NCBI RefSeq assembly: GCF_001194135.2
Contig: NC_068981.1
Location: 79,967,500 to 80,031,499 of the forward strand
DNA from: Octopus bimaculoides
Lineage: Eukaryota
Direction: 5' to 3'
Length of the DNA stretch: 64,000 bases
Position 1 is the first letter of the stretch. Each line of letters opens with the position of its first letter. The notes under the pieces are model-generated. The model was not told the DNA's origin. It made no database searches and was given only the letters and a program-made list of their open reading frames with translations. Of this stretch, positions 35,197-48,620 are shown in pieces. A program made the position numbers and the translations under genes.

Positions 35197-36803
35197 TTAT
35201 TTAAATCGAGTTAACAATGATTTATGGTATCTGCATGAAATCTCACATAGCTAGAAGGGAAAATGAAATTCTCGGAGTTTAATTTCTGTTTTATAAAACT
35301 GGAGCTTTGTGCTTATATATACATGATAATTAAATCGAAGATATGATTTATGTAAATCAAAAGCTGAAATTAATTAATAAACGTGTTTAAACTATTTTTC
35401 CATTAAGCTGGTTGTGTTTTTTGAGCTTTTTAAAATTATGCCGAGACTAATTTTTTAAAATACAAACCCAGCTGAAAGCGGAGCCATGATATTGTATTAA
35501 GAGCCAGCTGTTTTGTTTATATATTTCTGCATGAGCAAGAATCTTACTTGCGTCAAAAACCAATATTAAATATGAGGATGAGTTCTTTATTTTTTTCTTA
35601 TAATGTAATTTTGGATTTTTTAAAAATATAATGGATAATGGTAAAAAAATAAAATGAAATAAAACGTTATGTAAAATATGACATGATGTAGACCATTCTT
35701 AGCGTTACGAAGAAATATCTTTTCTCTCCCATCACTCTTTATGGCAGTGCGACATGCTACCGCATACTTTGATCCTAACGCCGGGTCGCTTCGCATTTCC
35801 AACCAAATTTTCGTTTAAAACCATCTTCTTTAAATTTTCCCTTAACCTTATTTACTTATTGTTATTTTTTGTAGCTCACATCTCATTAGTGGTGTGTATC
35901 GCAGTTGAAGTGATTTAATACCTGACGGGGAGGGGAGGGGCTTTGTAAAGCCTAATGACATAGCGTCATTTAAATTTTATAAAAAATATATAAATAAAAG
36001 GTTAGATAAATCAATTTCAATCGACTGCTGAAAGGTAAGACTCGATATTGAAGGGAGTCTCTTTATAAAAATATAGAATCCTCCAAAACAATTTCTACAA
36101 CATAGCAATCTGCTAGCATGACCGAAAATTTTCGCTTTCTCTTTTGAGAGTCAACACAGAAGTATTTACCTTAAAATAGAGTAAAACACTATTTCATTCT
36201 TTTACTTATAAATCGATAATAATAAATAATAGTAGTAGTATTAAGCATAAAAAATAATTCCAAAGCCACAAATTTTTGGAGAAGGAATTGTGGTAAACGA
36301 GTACTTAACTAATATTTATTTTATCGACTCTTTGAAGGAGTCGCTGCTTTCTTTGCTTCAAAAGCATTGGAAAATATTAAAAGTGAAGTATTTTTGGTTC
36401 TCTCTTCCAAAACGTAGAACACTATTGCGCAATAAAAATACGTTGAGGTGCTTTATGCTACATCACTTATAGTATTACTGCATTCGATCATATCAAATAG
36501 CGTTTTCCTAAAAGCTGAAAATTGGGTGTTTATCTCTTGCAAAAGTCAGTATTTATACGTATTCAAATGATGTATGAGAAGAAAATAGTAATTTATTTAA
36601 CGTCTTTAGATGAGGATTGTCCTTTGTTAGAAACAGATAATCATAGATCCAGTATAATCTGAATTAAGAGTAATATAAGGATCTACAAGTCTGTTAACAT
36701 GCTGAAAAAAAAAAGCAAGTATAGGAGTATTAGAACAAAACAAAACAACGGAAAGGCAAGGCTATATAGTACAGTGGGTTAGCTTAGCACCACAAGGAAG
36801 AAG

Positions 36804-36842
36804 TTTTCAACGTTTCGGACAGTTGTCCTTCATTTTGGAAAA
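36804..36842 (-). ncRNA. Degenerate Penelope-type hammerhead relic (core mutated)
   Basis: UUUUC-CAAAAUGA-A-GGAC-AACU-GUCC-GAA-ACGU-U-GAAAA. Stems I, II and III and GAAA are intact, but CUGAUGA is replaced by CAAAAUGA. Confidence 0.5.
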
Positions 36843-38564
36843 ACAGAATAAACCAAAGTAAGGAAGGAAAGTTCCCTCCTCAAAAGACAAGTCTTTTTTC
36901 CCCCTCCATACTTGTCCTTAATAGACAACAGTCCTAAACGTCAGCGTTAAACTAACACTACATACTGTGTACTCTGGTTTTTAATTTTTTCTTGTTTCTG
37001 ATACGTTTTCAGTTTGTTAGGAAATAGTCTAGGTAAATGTGGAGAATCATATCGTAATTTCCAGAAAATGAAGTATCCATGACAAAGAATATGGTTTATT
37101 TGAAATACTGAAACGAAAGTAAAATACTGCTTGCCTCTTTTGAAGTCAAACGAACAAAAATATTTTAGTTTAAAAGTATAAGTACTATGAGGAGAGAAAA
37201 GAAAAGCAGCTTAGAAGTTTTAAATTAGAAACATTAAAAAGACATCGGTAATTTTTTGATAAAATGATATATTTGTCAGAACTGCTTTCACTTTTAAAAG
37301 CATATGTATTATGAGGAGAGAAAAGAAAACATTTAACTTATAGGTATTTCATTGCAAACATTAAGAGAGTCAGTTGAATCATTAACACACTGGCCGAAAT
37401 TATTGCCTACTTTGCGTTTCCGCCTAGAGGTCAATAATTAAAGTCCCTCTCAAGCATTAAGATCGAGGTAATCAACTAGCCACTTCGCCCAAATTTCAGG
37501 CTTTGTGCCTTTGCTAGAAAAAAACATTACGAACATTTGAGAAAAAAGAGTATTAGTTATGGAATAGGGATGTATAAAAGTCAGCAGAAATTTCGGTAAA
37601 ATGAAAAAAAAAGTAATCTTTTTTTTTTTGTTTACGTTTTTCTATTTCAAACAAACCAAATGTTTTATACAATCCACATTTCTTTTATTATTATTGATTT
37701 TTTTTTTTTTGTAATTACGCCGCAATGCCCATCCATCTGTGATAAAATTCTCTGACGTAAATACACACACAGGACACAAATACACACATATGATATATAC
37801 ATAGTCGCGCGCACACGCACACACATTTGCAATTGGTTTCTTTCAGTTTCTATTTTAAGTCCACCAACAAGGTTTTGGTCAGCCCGGGGCTATTATAGAA
37901 GACACTTGTCAAAGGTGCCATACAGTGAGACTGAATCTAAAACCATATGGTTGGTAAGCCATAGCTGTGCCCATCTGCATATGTATATCTAATATTTTTT
38001 AAGAATAAAATACACAATTACAAGTATGATAAATAGCATTTGAGCCAATATATTAGCATCTCCATTAGGTTCATTGAGTGTCTCCTACCATGCATCAGAC
38101 TGACCAAAACCTTGTGCATGGATTTGGTCGACAGAATCTGAAAGACACCCAATACTGTAAAGTGGTTGGCATTTGGAAGGGCATCCAGCTGTAAAAACCA
38201 TACCAAACTGCTTTCACCTGTGCTGGTGCCATGTAAAAAGCACTGTCCTCTTGTTCTACAACACAACTTTCTGTTTTAAAATGATCTAAAATAAAACTTC
38301 CATAAAAATTTTGTGGTGATTTACCTTCCAAATGCCAGCTTAATAATGACAGTTATTTTACTAAATTCTTAAAAATTTTCAAAATTAATTTAAACAACTA
38401 CAGTGTATTTTTAGAGTAATATGGTAACAAAAGGATTAAGCTACTTCACAGATGACTATTTTAAAAGAAATAAATTCAGCAAAATATATAGTCCTTCCTT
38501 TTCGAGATTAAAGCATTGTTTGAATATAAGATTTGTATGAATGTAACATGTAAGATTACATTAA

Positions 38565-38764
38565 CCCTTTAACATTTAAACTAGCCATATCCAACCCAAA
38601 TATCCTACTTGTTTTGTATTCAAATTGACCAAATCTGGCCTCTCGCACCTACTCTACAATGTCATTTTAAAAATAAACAATCACATCATTGAAATCTCAA
38701 AGCTATGAAAACAATTCAAATAAAGAAACTTTACATTTGACAAAGTAATCTGAATTCTAAAGGG
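38565..38764. mobile_element. piggyBac-type MITE (200 bp)
   Basis: TTAA|ccctttaacattta ... tgaattctaaaggg|TTAA: CCC/GGG termini with a TTAA TSD. Confidence 0.75.
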
Positions 38765-38829
38765 TTAAATAAAATAAAAATTACTTTGTAAAATATTGAA
38801 TAGTTTATTCCTAAAAAATTCATTAAAGA

Positions 38830-41570
38830 GCGGAGCCTACCAAATGAACAGAAGGACCATTTTTATGATATTCTTCTACAGGCTACCTCAAAGACAAGTG
38901 ACAATGATTTCATCTTCATGGCTGGGGATTTCAACGGACATGTCATATGGCAGCCTGGTATCTTCCATGGTGTACATGGGGGCCACGGAATTGGTTCCCA
39001 AAACGAAGAGAGAACAAGGCTACTGGAGTTCTGTGATACAGATAACCTATTGATCTGCAACACCAACTTCAGGAAGCCAGCCAGCCACCTGATAACCTGC
39101 AAATCAGGTGACTGTGCTAGCCAGATCGATCACATTGTCACTAGACAGTGAGATGCATGGTTGCTCTTAAATACAAAGATCCTCCCTAGTGAGGAATGTA
39201 CCCACCAGCATAGACTAATCATTAGTAATTTTAGACTCTAGACTAGAAGGATTCCAAGAAGCAGATCAATCTGGAAAAGAAGGATGTGGAAGCTTAAGGA
39301 CCCTTCATATGGTCAGAGATTTAGGTACATCCTAATTGTGAAATGTGATGAGGGGGAGGAGGAGCTGCAGACTTAGAGGGTAACTGGGAATTCCTGCAGG
39401 ACAGTTTGCAGAGTGCCACAGACAAAATCTGCAGCTGGTGCAAAATTCCATCCAGACCTAGGGTAACATGGTGGTGGAACAATGCTGTAGACAGGGCCAT
39501 TAGAGCAAAGAAACAAGCCTGGAAGAGTGGAGGTAGCAGGGAACTGTATCAGATAGCCAGAAGGGAAGCTAGGAGACAGGTATATTTAGCCAAGGAAGAA
39601 GTAGAAAAGAAGTTTGCATATGTTCAGTGATGTAAGGACCAAAGAACTGAAGTGTTTTGGATTGCAAGACGGTGTGTGAGAGAAATTTGTGATGTCATAG
39701 GAGAGAAATGTGTCCGGATGGATGATAGTGCACTTGCACTTAATGATTCTGCAAAGAAAGAGGCTTGGAAATGCCATTATGAAAGACTACTGAATGAGAA
39801 GAATGAATGGGAGGAGTAGAGTCTGCCATATGTTGACCCAATTGAGGGACCAGCTACCTGAATCAACAGTATTTTGGTAGATAAAGCAATTAAGGATATG
39901 AAGAGGGGATATGGCCCTTCAGGAATCACTGCTGAAATGCTTAAAATATCTCGCGGTCTGGGCTATGGTCTAGTCACCCATATTGTAAATCAGATGGTTC
40001 ACAAAGGAGTCATACCATTGTCAACTGCTACAAAGTAAAGGTGACGCTTTAGATAGAAATGATTACAGAGGTATCAAATTGTTGGATCAGGTGATGAAAG
40101 TTATGGAGAGAGTCATAGCCCAACTAATTAGGGAGAGAGTTAGTCTAGATGAGATGCAGTTTGGGTTTGTGCCAGGGAGAAGCACCACTGATGCTATATT
40201 TCTGATAAGGCAGCTGCAGGTGAAATACCGAGCCAAAGATAAACCCCTGCACCTGGCTTTTATTGACTTGGAGAAAGCCTTTGACAGTGTCCCCTGATCC
40301 CTTATCTGGTGGTCAATGTGGAAACTAAGGATAGGCAAGTGGTTGGTGAGAGCTGTACAAGCCTTGTACAGGGATGCTACCAGTAAGGTGAGGGTTGGCA
40401 ATGAATACAGCGAAGAATTCAATGTACAAGTAGGGATTCACCAAGGCTCAGTCCTCAGCCCCTTTTTGTTCATCATAGTCCTCCAGAAAATAACAGAGGA
40501 GTTTAAGACAGGCTACTCCTGGGAGCTCCTCTATGCTGATGACCTTGCTCTTATAGCTGAATCACTACCAGAACTAGAGAAGTTCCAGGTATGGAAGCAA
40601 AGATTAGAATCGAAGGGCATTAGAGTTAACCTAGCAAAAGCCAAAATCTTAGTAAGTAGGCAGGCAGACAAATCACAAATCTCTTCAGGTAGATGGCCCT
40701 ACTCAATCTGTAGAAAAGGTGTAAGTAGAAACTCCATAAGATGCACCTGGTGTAAGCTTTAGACACATGCAGCAATATCAGAGGAAGGTTGACAGGGAAA
40801 ATAGCTTTTGTATGTGGAAGATGCACAGGTACAATAAACACTGAAAATGTACAGAAAATAGACTCCATCAACTGCCAGGTGGATAAGCTAAAGGTTATTG
40901 ATAGCTTCTGTTATCTAGGTGACCACCTTAGTGCCAGAGTTGGATGCTCTGAGAGCGTAGCTGTGAAAATAAGAATAGGCTGGGCAAAGTTCACCAAGTT
41001 CCTATCTCTGCTGGTAACAAAGGGCCTTTCCCTCAGAGTGAAAGGTAGATTGTATGATGCCTGTGTGCAAACAACTATGCTACATGGCAGTGAAATGTGG
41101 GCTCTGACAGCCGAGGGCATGCATAGGGTTGAAAGAAATGAAGCCAGTATGCTTTGTTGGATGTGCAATGTCAATGTACATGTTTGACAGAGTGCATAAG
41201 AAGCATCAGATATGATGTGCAAGATATGGTATGGTCATGTGATGCATATGGACAAGGACTGCTATATAAAGAAGTGCTGATCTCTAGATGTGGAGGGAAT
41301 CTGTGGTAGAAGTAGACCCAGGAAGACATGGGATGAGGTGGTGAAGTATGATTTTCGAACTTTGGGCCTCACAGAGGCAATGACTAGTGACTGAGACTTT
41401 TGGTGATATGCTGTGCTTGAGAAGACCCGTCAAGCCAAGTGAAATCATAGTCATGGCTGTTGCTGGTGGCATGTAAAAAGCACCTTTTGAGTGTTGGGCC
41501 TCATGGAGGCAATGACTGAGACCTTTAGTATTATGTCGTGTTTGAGAAGATCCATCAAGCCAAGCAAACA
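38830..41570 (+). mobile_element. Decayed RTE-clade LINE (end of endonuclease, RT, C-terminus, start of 3'UTR)
   Basis: MAGDFNGHV and SQIDHIV (APE endonuclease); MQFGFVPGRSTTDAIFLIRQLQ, FIDLEKAFDSVP, VGIHQGSVLSPFLF and LLYADDLALIA (RT); GRLYDACVQTTMLHGSE (C-terminal). Many stops and frameshifts. Confidence 0.95.
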
Positions 41571-42477
41571 TTGATTTTTTTCTACCAGCTCCTTCTTTAT
41601 AGAAGACCTTAAATTTGATTTTATTATTTCCAGTACAGAAAATAGTCACATTAATGTCTGAAATTAGAAATTTTGATGTGGAGTCAGTAAAATTGTACCC
41701 AATAATAGCTTCTGATTCCATAACTCTATATTGCACCTTGGACAAGTGCCTTCTGCTTAAAATAGCCTGAGGTTAAGTAATACATTATGAGCAAATCTGG
41801 TCGGTAGAAACAGTACAAAAGCCAGTTTTGTGTATGTGTGAATGAGTTTATGCATCAATGTCCATGTTTGTATTTGGCATATTACTGTTCAGAAAGTAAC
41901 ATAGCCACTCTGTAAAAGTAGATAAAATAAGTAATGAGGTTTATATGCTCAACTAAAACCTTTGAAAGATGTGTTCCAGAATGTTCGGAGTTCAGTGACT
42001 GAAACAAGTAAACCAGTATCTTGCTATTCAGATAGCTTCCATGGTAAACTTGGTTTGTTTTAAAGAATCAGTAGCATACAAGAGAGAAGTCATTCAGTTT
42101 TTCAGATGGCATCAAGTTAGAGGTACCACCTTGTCCTATTTGGGCCGACAATCAAATAGTTAATGAACATTTAATTGATTGTTTATGGACCTCATCCTCA
42201 GACTTCGTCATATATTAAGGAGAGCCCTCAAAGCTGTTTTTTAAACCCACTGCAGAAACTCTGGACAAGCTCCTTAAACAATCACTGTTACACTATTGAT
42301 AATAGTGTCTATGTGGTGTCACATAGTGTCAGAATTTAGGTGTGATTCAGGCAGTTACACTTCTCTTATGTAAATAGGTATTCAACCTGAAACACTGATT
42401 ATTGTTACTGAAGACTAGGAAAGTTTTTCATTGGGACTATGGTCTGTTTATATATCTCATTGACCCTGATGAAATTT

Positions 42478-43523
42478 TCAAGCTTCCGCTATCTGGGCGA
42501 CCAAGTTAGTAGTGGGGGTGGGTGCGCTGAAAGTGTAGCTGCTAGAATAAGAATAGCCTGGGCAAAGTTTAGAGAGCTCTTACCCCTGCTGGCGACAAAG
42601 GGACTCTCACTCGGAGTAAAAGGCAGACTGTATGACGCATGTGTACGAACAGCCATGCTACATGGCAGTGAAACGTGGGCTGTAACTGCTGAGGACATAC
42701 GTAAGCTCGCAAGGAATGAAGCCAGTATNNNNNNNNNNNNNNNNNNNNNNNNNNNNNNNNNNNNNNNNNNNNNNNNNNNNNNNNNNNNNNNNNNNNNNNN
42801 NNNNNNNNNNNNNNNNNNNNNNNNNNNNNNNNNNNNNNNNNNNNNNNNNNNNNNNNNNNNNNNNNNNNNNNNNNNNNNNNNNNNNNNNNNNNNNNNNNNN
42901 NNNNNNNNNNNNNNNNNNNNNNNNNNNNNNNNNNNNNNNNNNNNNNNNNNNNNNNNNNNNNNNNNNNNNNNNNNNNNNNNNNNNNNNNNNNNNNNNNNNN
43001 NNNNNNNNNNNNNNNNNNNNNNNNNNNNNNNNNNNNNNNNNNNNNNNNNNNNNNNNNNNNNNNNNNNNNNNNNNNNNNNNNNNNNNNNNNNNNNNNNNNN
43101 NNNNNNNNNNNNNNNNNNNNNNNNNNNNNNNNNNNNNNNNNNNNNNNNNNNNNNNNNNNNNNNNNNNNNNNNNNNNNNNNNNNNNNNNNNNNNNNNNNNN
43201 NNNNNNNNNNNNNNNNNNNNNNNNNNNNNNNNNNNNNNNNNNNNNNNNNNNNNNNNNNNNNNNNNNNNNNNNGGCACATAAAAGTCACCATTTCGAGCGT
43301 GGCCGTTGCCAGTATCGCCTGACTGGCCTTCGTGCAGGTGACACGTAAAAGCACCTACTACACTCTCTGAGTGGTTGGCGTTAGGAAGGGCATCCAGCTG
43401 TAGAAACTCTGCCAAATTTAGATTGGAGCCTGGTGTTGCCATCTGGTTTCACCAGTCCTCAGTCAAGTCGTCCAACCCATGCTAGCATGGAAAGCGGACG
43501 TTAAACGATGATGATGATGATGA
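42478..43523 (+). mobile_element. 5'-truncated RTE copy spanning an N gap, with complete 3' tail
   Basis: SFRYLGDQVSSGGGCAESVAARIRIAWAKFRELLPLL..GRLYDACVRTAMLHGSETW; the tail ends ..ccatgctagcatggaaagcggacgttaaac(gat)n. Confidence 0.9.
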
Positions 43524-44759
43524 TTAGGCACCAGACTCAGTATCATTCATAAAGCCAGTAATTTAGTGCTTCACCATGGTTGCTTCATCCCATTCCATTT
43601 TAGGTTCAAAGACTTTGCTTCTTAAACTGCCGAGTTATATAACTATAACAAAGTCCTATTTAATCAACTATACTTATGCTTACACTAGAATGGCAACGTT
43701 TTTGAGATTAGAATTAAGAAATTAGGGAAAAAAAAAACATCATTAACAAGGCAAAGGCTTGTATAGTAAAACAGTTAAATATGAGGAGAAAAAAATCGTC
43801 TACACTGACAAATTGTGGAATAGATATTACATCCTGAGGAAGAAGGGAAGTCTGTTTTGGTTTATTTATCTTACAAAACCAATTGAGATTTTATCTCTCT
43901 TTCTCTCTCTCTCTCTGACAAATGGTTCTACCCAAACCCCTTGATTTCTCTTTGTTATCACAATAAAATTTATTCTACTATTTGGACTATTTTTGCAGTA
44001 TTGATTCCACTTCACTTCTCTCATTTAATGTTTTTTTAATTATTTATCTGCTTTTTCTTCCTTTTTCTGTAATTGGAATGCTTCTAATTTACCTAACACA
44101 TGTTAACACAGCAATGAACAATAACATTGAAAAGTGAGAGCAGATAGGAAAAAAGAATTCTGTAGTTTATATTATTGAAGACTAAGAAATGCAGAATGCC
44201 TTTCTCGCACATGAGAAGCTTAGAATCACAACTAAGTTGATGGTGTGTTGGACCACTTGCTAAAGTAACAATTCATATCCCATCAGTAATGTGTTGTAAC
44301 CAAGACAACATTTCTCACTGGCTCTGTCCACTAGTTATAAGTAAGTTCAATGTGTAAGTACATCTTAACCTTGTAAGACGCAGGATCACTGTATAATTAA
44401 CACATTTTAGTTAGCAGTGTTGTAGATGCAGGTAATGTCTCCAATATTCCATTCTCAAGAGATCCTGTAGTCAGAGTTAGACAAGTTAACATTTGCCTAT
44501 ACCAATGCAACTGCCTTTCCTACAATCATTGGCTGACGCTTTTGACATCCAGCATCCTCTCAGCTAAGTTACATTCCATTTTTCATGCAAGTTGATATTG
44601 CATGTTTAACAGATAATATTCATTTCCTTTCATCCCTGAGAGTGCTACATGCAATGCTTATATTTCATATACTATGCACCTTCATATGCGAGATGGTATC
44701 AAAAGGTTTCCAGACTCATCATTTAATGTACATTTTCCATGTTGGACAGTTTGATAAAG

Positions 44760-45185
44760 CTGGTGAGCTGCACCAGGTTCCAATCTAATTTGGCATAGTT
44801 TCTACAGTTGGATGCCCTTCCTAATGCCAAACACTCCAAGAGTGTAGTGGGTGTTTTTTACGTGACACTGGCATCAGCCACAAGTATGATCTCACTTGAC
44901 TTGACAGGTCTTCTTAAGCACAGTATATTGCCAAAGGTCTCAGTCACCTGTCACTGCCTCCGTGAGGCTCAACATTTGAACAGTGCTTTTTACGTGTCAA
45001 TGGCATGGGTGCCAGTCACACAGGACTGGCATTAGCCATGACTACAATTTCACTTGGCTTGACAGGTCTTTTCAAGCACAGCATATCACCCAATGTTCAA
45101 AGGGTGTTATTTATGTGCCAGTTAAGCGATACTGGCATCAGCCACAACTATGATCTCACTTGGCTTAATGGTTCTTCTCAAGCTA
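44760..45185 (-). mobile_element. RTE 3'-region relic with a tandemly triplicated ORF-end block
   Basis: The block at(c/t)tcacttg(a/g)ctt recurs at ~44890, ~45050 and ~45155, followed by the standard tail on the minus strand. Confidence 0.7.
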
Positions 45186-45199
45186 GTTTTGTTTAATAA

Positions 45200-45985
45200 A
45201 AAATAACTTATTTACCCAAGTTTTAACATCATCTACTTCGAAGCAGTCACCTTGCACAGCAATACACCAGTCCCAGAATTCCTGCCACTTTTGGAATCTG
45301 GCCTGGCAGTTGTTTTCTGTAAGCAAGTCAAGGACCTTCTATGATTCACTCTGGATTTCAACAACAGTGTTAAAATGGTTGCCTTTTCATCTTGGGAGAG
45401 AGATGACAGTCCACAGGTGCTCAATCTGGTGAATAGGGCACATGTGGAAGTGATACCATGTTGTTTTTGGCAAGAAACTCGCAAGTGAGGAGAGCTTGAT
45501 GAAGAATCCAATTCTTCACGCTCCACAGATCTGCTTGCTTTCACTGAATGTCCTCCCTCAAATGCTTCAAAACATCACAGTAGAACTCTTGATTGCTGGT
45601 CTGGCCCTGGGGGATGAATTCTCAATGCACAATACCACATTCCTAGAAGTGATTCTCATGGCAGGTCTTCCAGATTGCTTGTCATCTTCCAGGGACATTC
45701 TTCTGCTTTTGAAGTGCATATACCACTCGAAACATTATGTATGACCCATTGCCTCTTCGCCATAAGCTTGCTGAAGTATTCTCAATGTCTCTTTGTTCCC
45801 TGTCTATGACAAAATCGCAGACTGCAGCATGCATGTGAACACGAAACCACAAATTTCACAACTTGCAAAGTAAAGACAGCAATGTCACTTGGCACACTGC
45901 TAGCTCTCACTGTGCACGCAACTATGTGCTGTCATCTGTTGGTGCACCACAACTAGTCCAGGAACTTTTTTGATACCACCTTGTA
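45200..45985 (-). mobile_element. Internally deleted mariner element
   Basis: The 5' TIR is TA|caaggtggtatcaaaaaagttcctggact. Remnants read QQAYGEEAMG..CFEWY..FKSRRMSLEDD.QSGRP, GIVH*EFIPQGQT.NQEFY.DVL.HLRE and EFLAKNNM..LPH.PYSPD*AP.D. Confidence 0.85.
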
Positions 45986-47098
45986 TATATGGAACAAAGC
46001 ATGGCCATGTAGTTAAAAAGTTTGCTTCATAGCTACAGTTCTGAAATCAATTTGACTGCACTCCATCTTGGACAAGTATCATCTGCCTTAGTTGAAGCCT
46101 TATGTGAAATTGGATAAACAGAAATTATATGGAAGGTCATCACACTATACACTTGCTTTTCACTATCTTCATTGCTTGGTTTAACACCATCTCCTAGCCT
46201 CTGGGTGCTTTTATCAGAGTCCACACTGTTGCAAAGATTTAAACAAGATCCCCAGTTTACAGATAACTTAATATCTTGCAATATACAGCTTACTTACTGC
46301 AGTATTAGTCATTTCTCTCATCTCACCAACACCATCATTAGTCATGGAGGCCCTGCACAGTCATAGGTATTGCTCTTTTAGTTTTGACTAAGCCAAAAAG
46401 AAGAGAAAAAAACCCACCTAATTTATGTTTCATGCAGTCTGTTATTTTTCACTAGCAATTAATATCTGCTTAAAAAGAAAGAAATCAGTCACTATCTCAA
46501 CACCTGGAGTTATCTTACCTTAGGTAAAAGATAAAAAGATATCACATCTCACAATACTGAAGCTGCAACTTGCATTTTGGGATACCAACTCATCAAGCTA
46601 CATAGAAGGTAATCCATCTAAGAGAGCAGTAACTCAAAATAAAGCTTTTAGTTTAGAGAGGTTTGGTGTTGATAGCATAATATACGCTCAGTCTAAACAT
46701 TCTTCTCAGCTTTGTATAAAATATATGATTAATATGCAGTAATTATCGTTATTATGATGTATCCCTTTTTGATATTGATCATTATCATCATTCAGTTTCT
46801 TTTTTTTGTTTTGGTATGTTGGTAGAAAACTGCATTAAAACAGTCATGCAGTTTCCTGCCAACATACCAACTGTTTTTGATTTCAGTCAAATCTTCTATT
46901 GTAAAATTATTCCTATTGTTACTTGACTTTCTACTATTCTCATTACATTCTTCAGGCAATTCCTTATATCACCTTGAAAGCAGCCTTTTTAAAAATTCTT
47001 TTGCAGAATTAGAAAACAGTTTACATCAATGAACAAGTCCTTCCTCATATTTCTCAGATTCAAAGTTGATCAATATATTTTGTTTTATTTTTTCTTAG

Positions 47099-47214
47099 AT
47101 ATGAACATTGATTAAAAATACTTAAACCACCAAATTTGTTTTATGGCAACTTTATAAAGCGGAAATGTATCCATTAAAGCAATACCTGGGTATGAAAGAA
47201 AGCAACAGAGAAAG
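47099..47214 (+). other. Candidate 5'UTR exon of the PAE/Notum-like gene
   Basis: Strong acceptor (tttttcttAG, 47097-47098) and donor aag|GTATGT at 47215. Spliced to the acceptor at 48253-48254, it leaves an in-frame stop upstream of ATG 48257. Confidence 0.45.
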
Positions 47215-48165
47215 GTATGTATGAAAAAAGGACTGAATTAAAATCATTTGTTCTGAATGTTTTTTTTGTTTTTTTTTAATTCTTGATATAAACATTTTGA
47301 TATTACATTTTCCAAATTCAGAACACGAGTTTGGTGTGGATTTTCCCTTTCCTTATCTCTCTCTATCTCTCTCTCTCTCTCTNNNNNNNNNNNNNNNNNN
47401 NNNNNNNNNNNNNNNNNNNNNNNNNNNNNNNNNNNNNNNNNNNNNNNNNNNNNNNNNNNNNNNNNNNNNNNNNNNNNNNNNNNNNNNNNNNNNNNNNNNN
47501 NNNNNNNNNNNNNNNNNNNNNNNNNNNNNNNNNNNNNNNNNNNNNNNNNNNNNNNNNNNNNNNNNNNNNNNNNNNNNNNNNNNNNNNNNNNNNNNNNNNN
47601 NNNNNNNNNNNNNNNNNNNNNNNNNNNNNNNNNNNNNNNNNNNNNNNNNNNNNNNNNNNNNNNNNNNNNNNNNNNNNNNNNNNNNNNNNNNNNNNNNNNN
47701 NNNNNNNNNNNNNNNNNNNNNNNNNNNNNNNNNNNNNNNNNNNNNNNNNNNNNNNNNNNNNNNNNNNNNNNNNNNNNNNNNNNNNNNNNNNNNNNNNNNN
47801 NNNNNNNNNNNNNNNNNNNNNNNNNNNNNNNNNNNNNNNNNNNNNNNNNNNNNNNNNNNNNNNNNNNNNNNNNNNNNNNNNNNNNNNNNNNNNNNNNNNN
47901 NNNNNNNNNNNNNNNNNNNNNNNNNNNNNNNNNNNNNNNNNNNNNNNNNNNNNNNNNNNNNNNNNNNNNNNNNNNNNNNNNNNNNNNNNNNNNNNNNNNN
48001 NNNNNNNNNNNNNNNNNNNNNNNNNNNNNNNNNNNNNNNNNNNNNNNNNNNNNNNNNNNNNNNNNNNNNNNNNNNNNNNNNNNNNNNNNNNNNNNNNNNN
48101 NNNNNNNNNNNNNNNNNNNNNNNNNNNNNNNNNNNNNNNNNNNNNNNNNNNNNNNNNNNNNNATA

Positions 48166-48196
<31 letters not shown>

Positions 48197-48256
48197 TATA
48201 CAAGTTTTATTTTTGTTTCCTAACAAAACATTTTTCTCTTTTATATTTGATTAGCA

Positions 48257-48620
48257 ATGTCTTGTCAAGAGGTCGATAAAACCCCTCTCTCTGGAAAAAT
48301 TCTTCACCATTCTTTGCAACGGCAGCTACACCCCGAGTCATGTATGATGTTTGTCCCAGCCAAGGTTTCCTTACATCGGCCTCATCTGCTCATGCCAACA
48401 TTTACACTGAGAAGATGTCACATACAACTTTTATGTGTCATCCTCTTAGTGACAATTGTGCTTGTAGTGTGGACTGTATCCAACCTAAGAAACACATTTG
48501 TCAGCTTCCATGCTGAGAGTGATACTGATGGTGAGCTGGTTGTGCTTCCTGAAGACTTTGCCAAGGAGCGAGATGCTTTCTGCTTAGATGGATCACCTGC
48601 AGGCTATTATATTCGAAATG
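48257..48620 (+). CDS. Pectin-acetylesterase/Notum-family hydrolase, coding exon 1 (N-tail, hydrophobic anchor, start of catalytic domain)
   Basis: MSCQEV..QLLCVILLVTIVLVVWTV..AKERDAFCLDGSPAGYYIRNG; donor g|GTAAGT at 48621 (phase 1). Confidence 0.85.

Noticed and set aside
46033-46366. Minus-strand ORF with nearby splice-like signals
   Set aside because: No homologous motif and no partner exons could be identified; compatible with chance.
25513-48254. Long ORFs filled with X (25.5-25.9, 26.2-26.7, 30.9-31.4, 32.9-33.0, 42.4-43.4 and 47.2-48.25 kb)
   Set aside because: They are artefacts of N gaps; only the flanking Merlin and RTE portions are meaningful.
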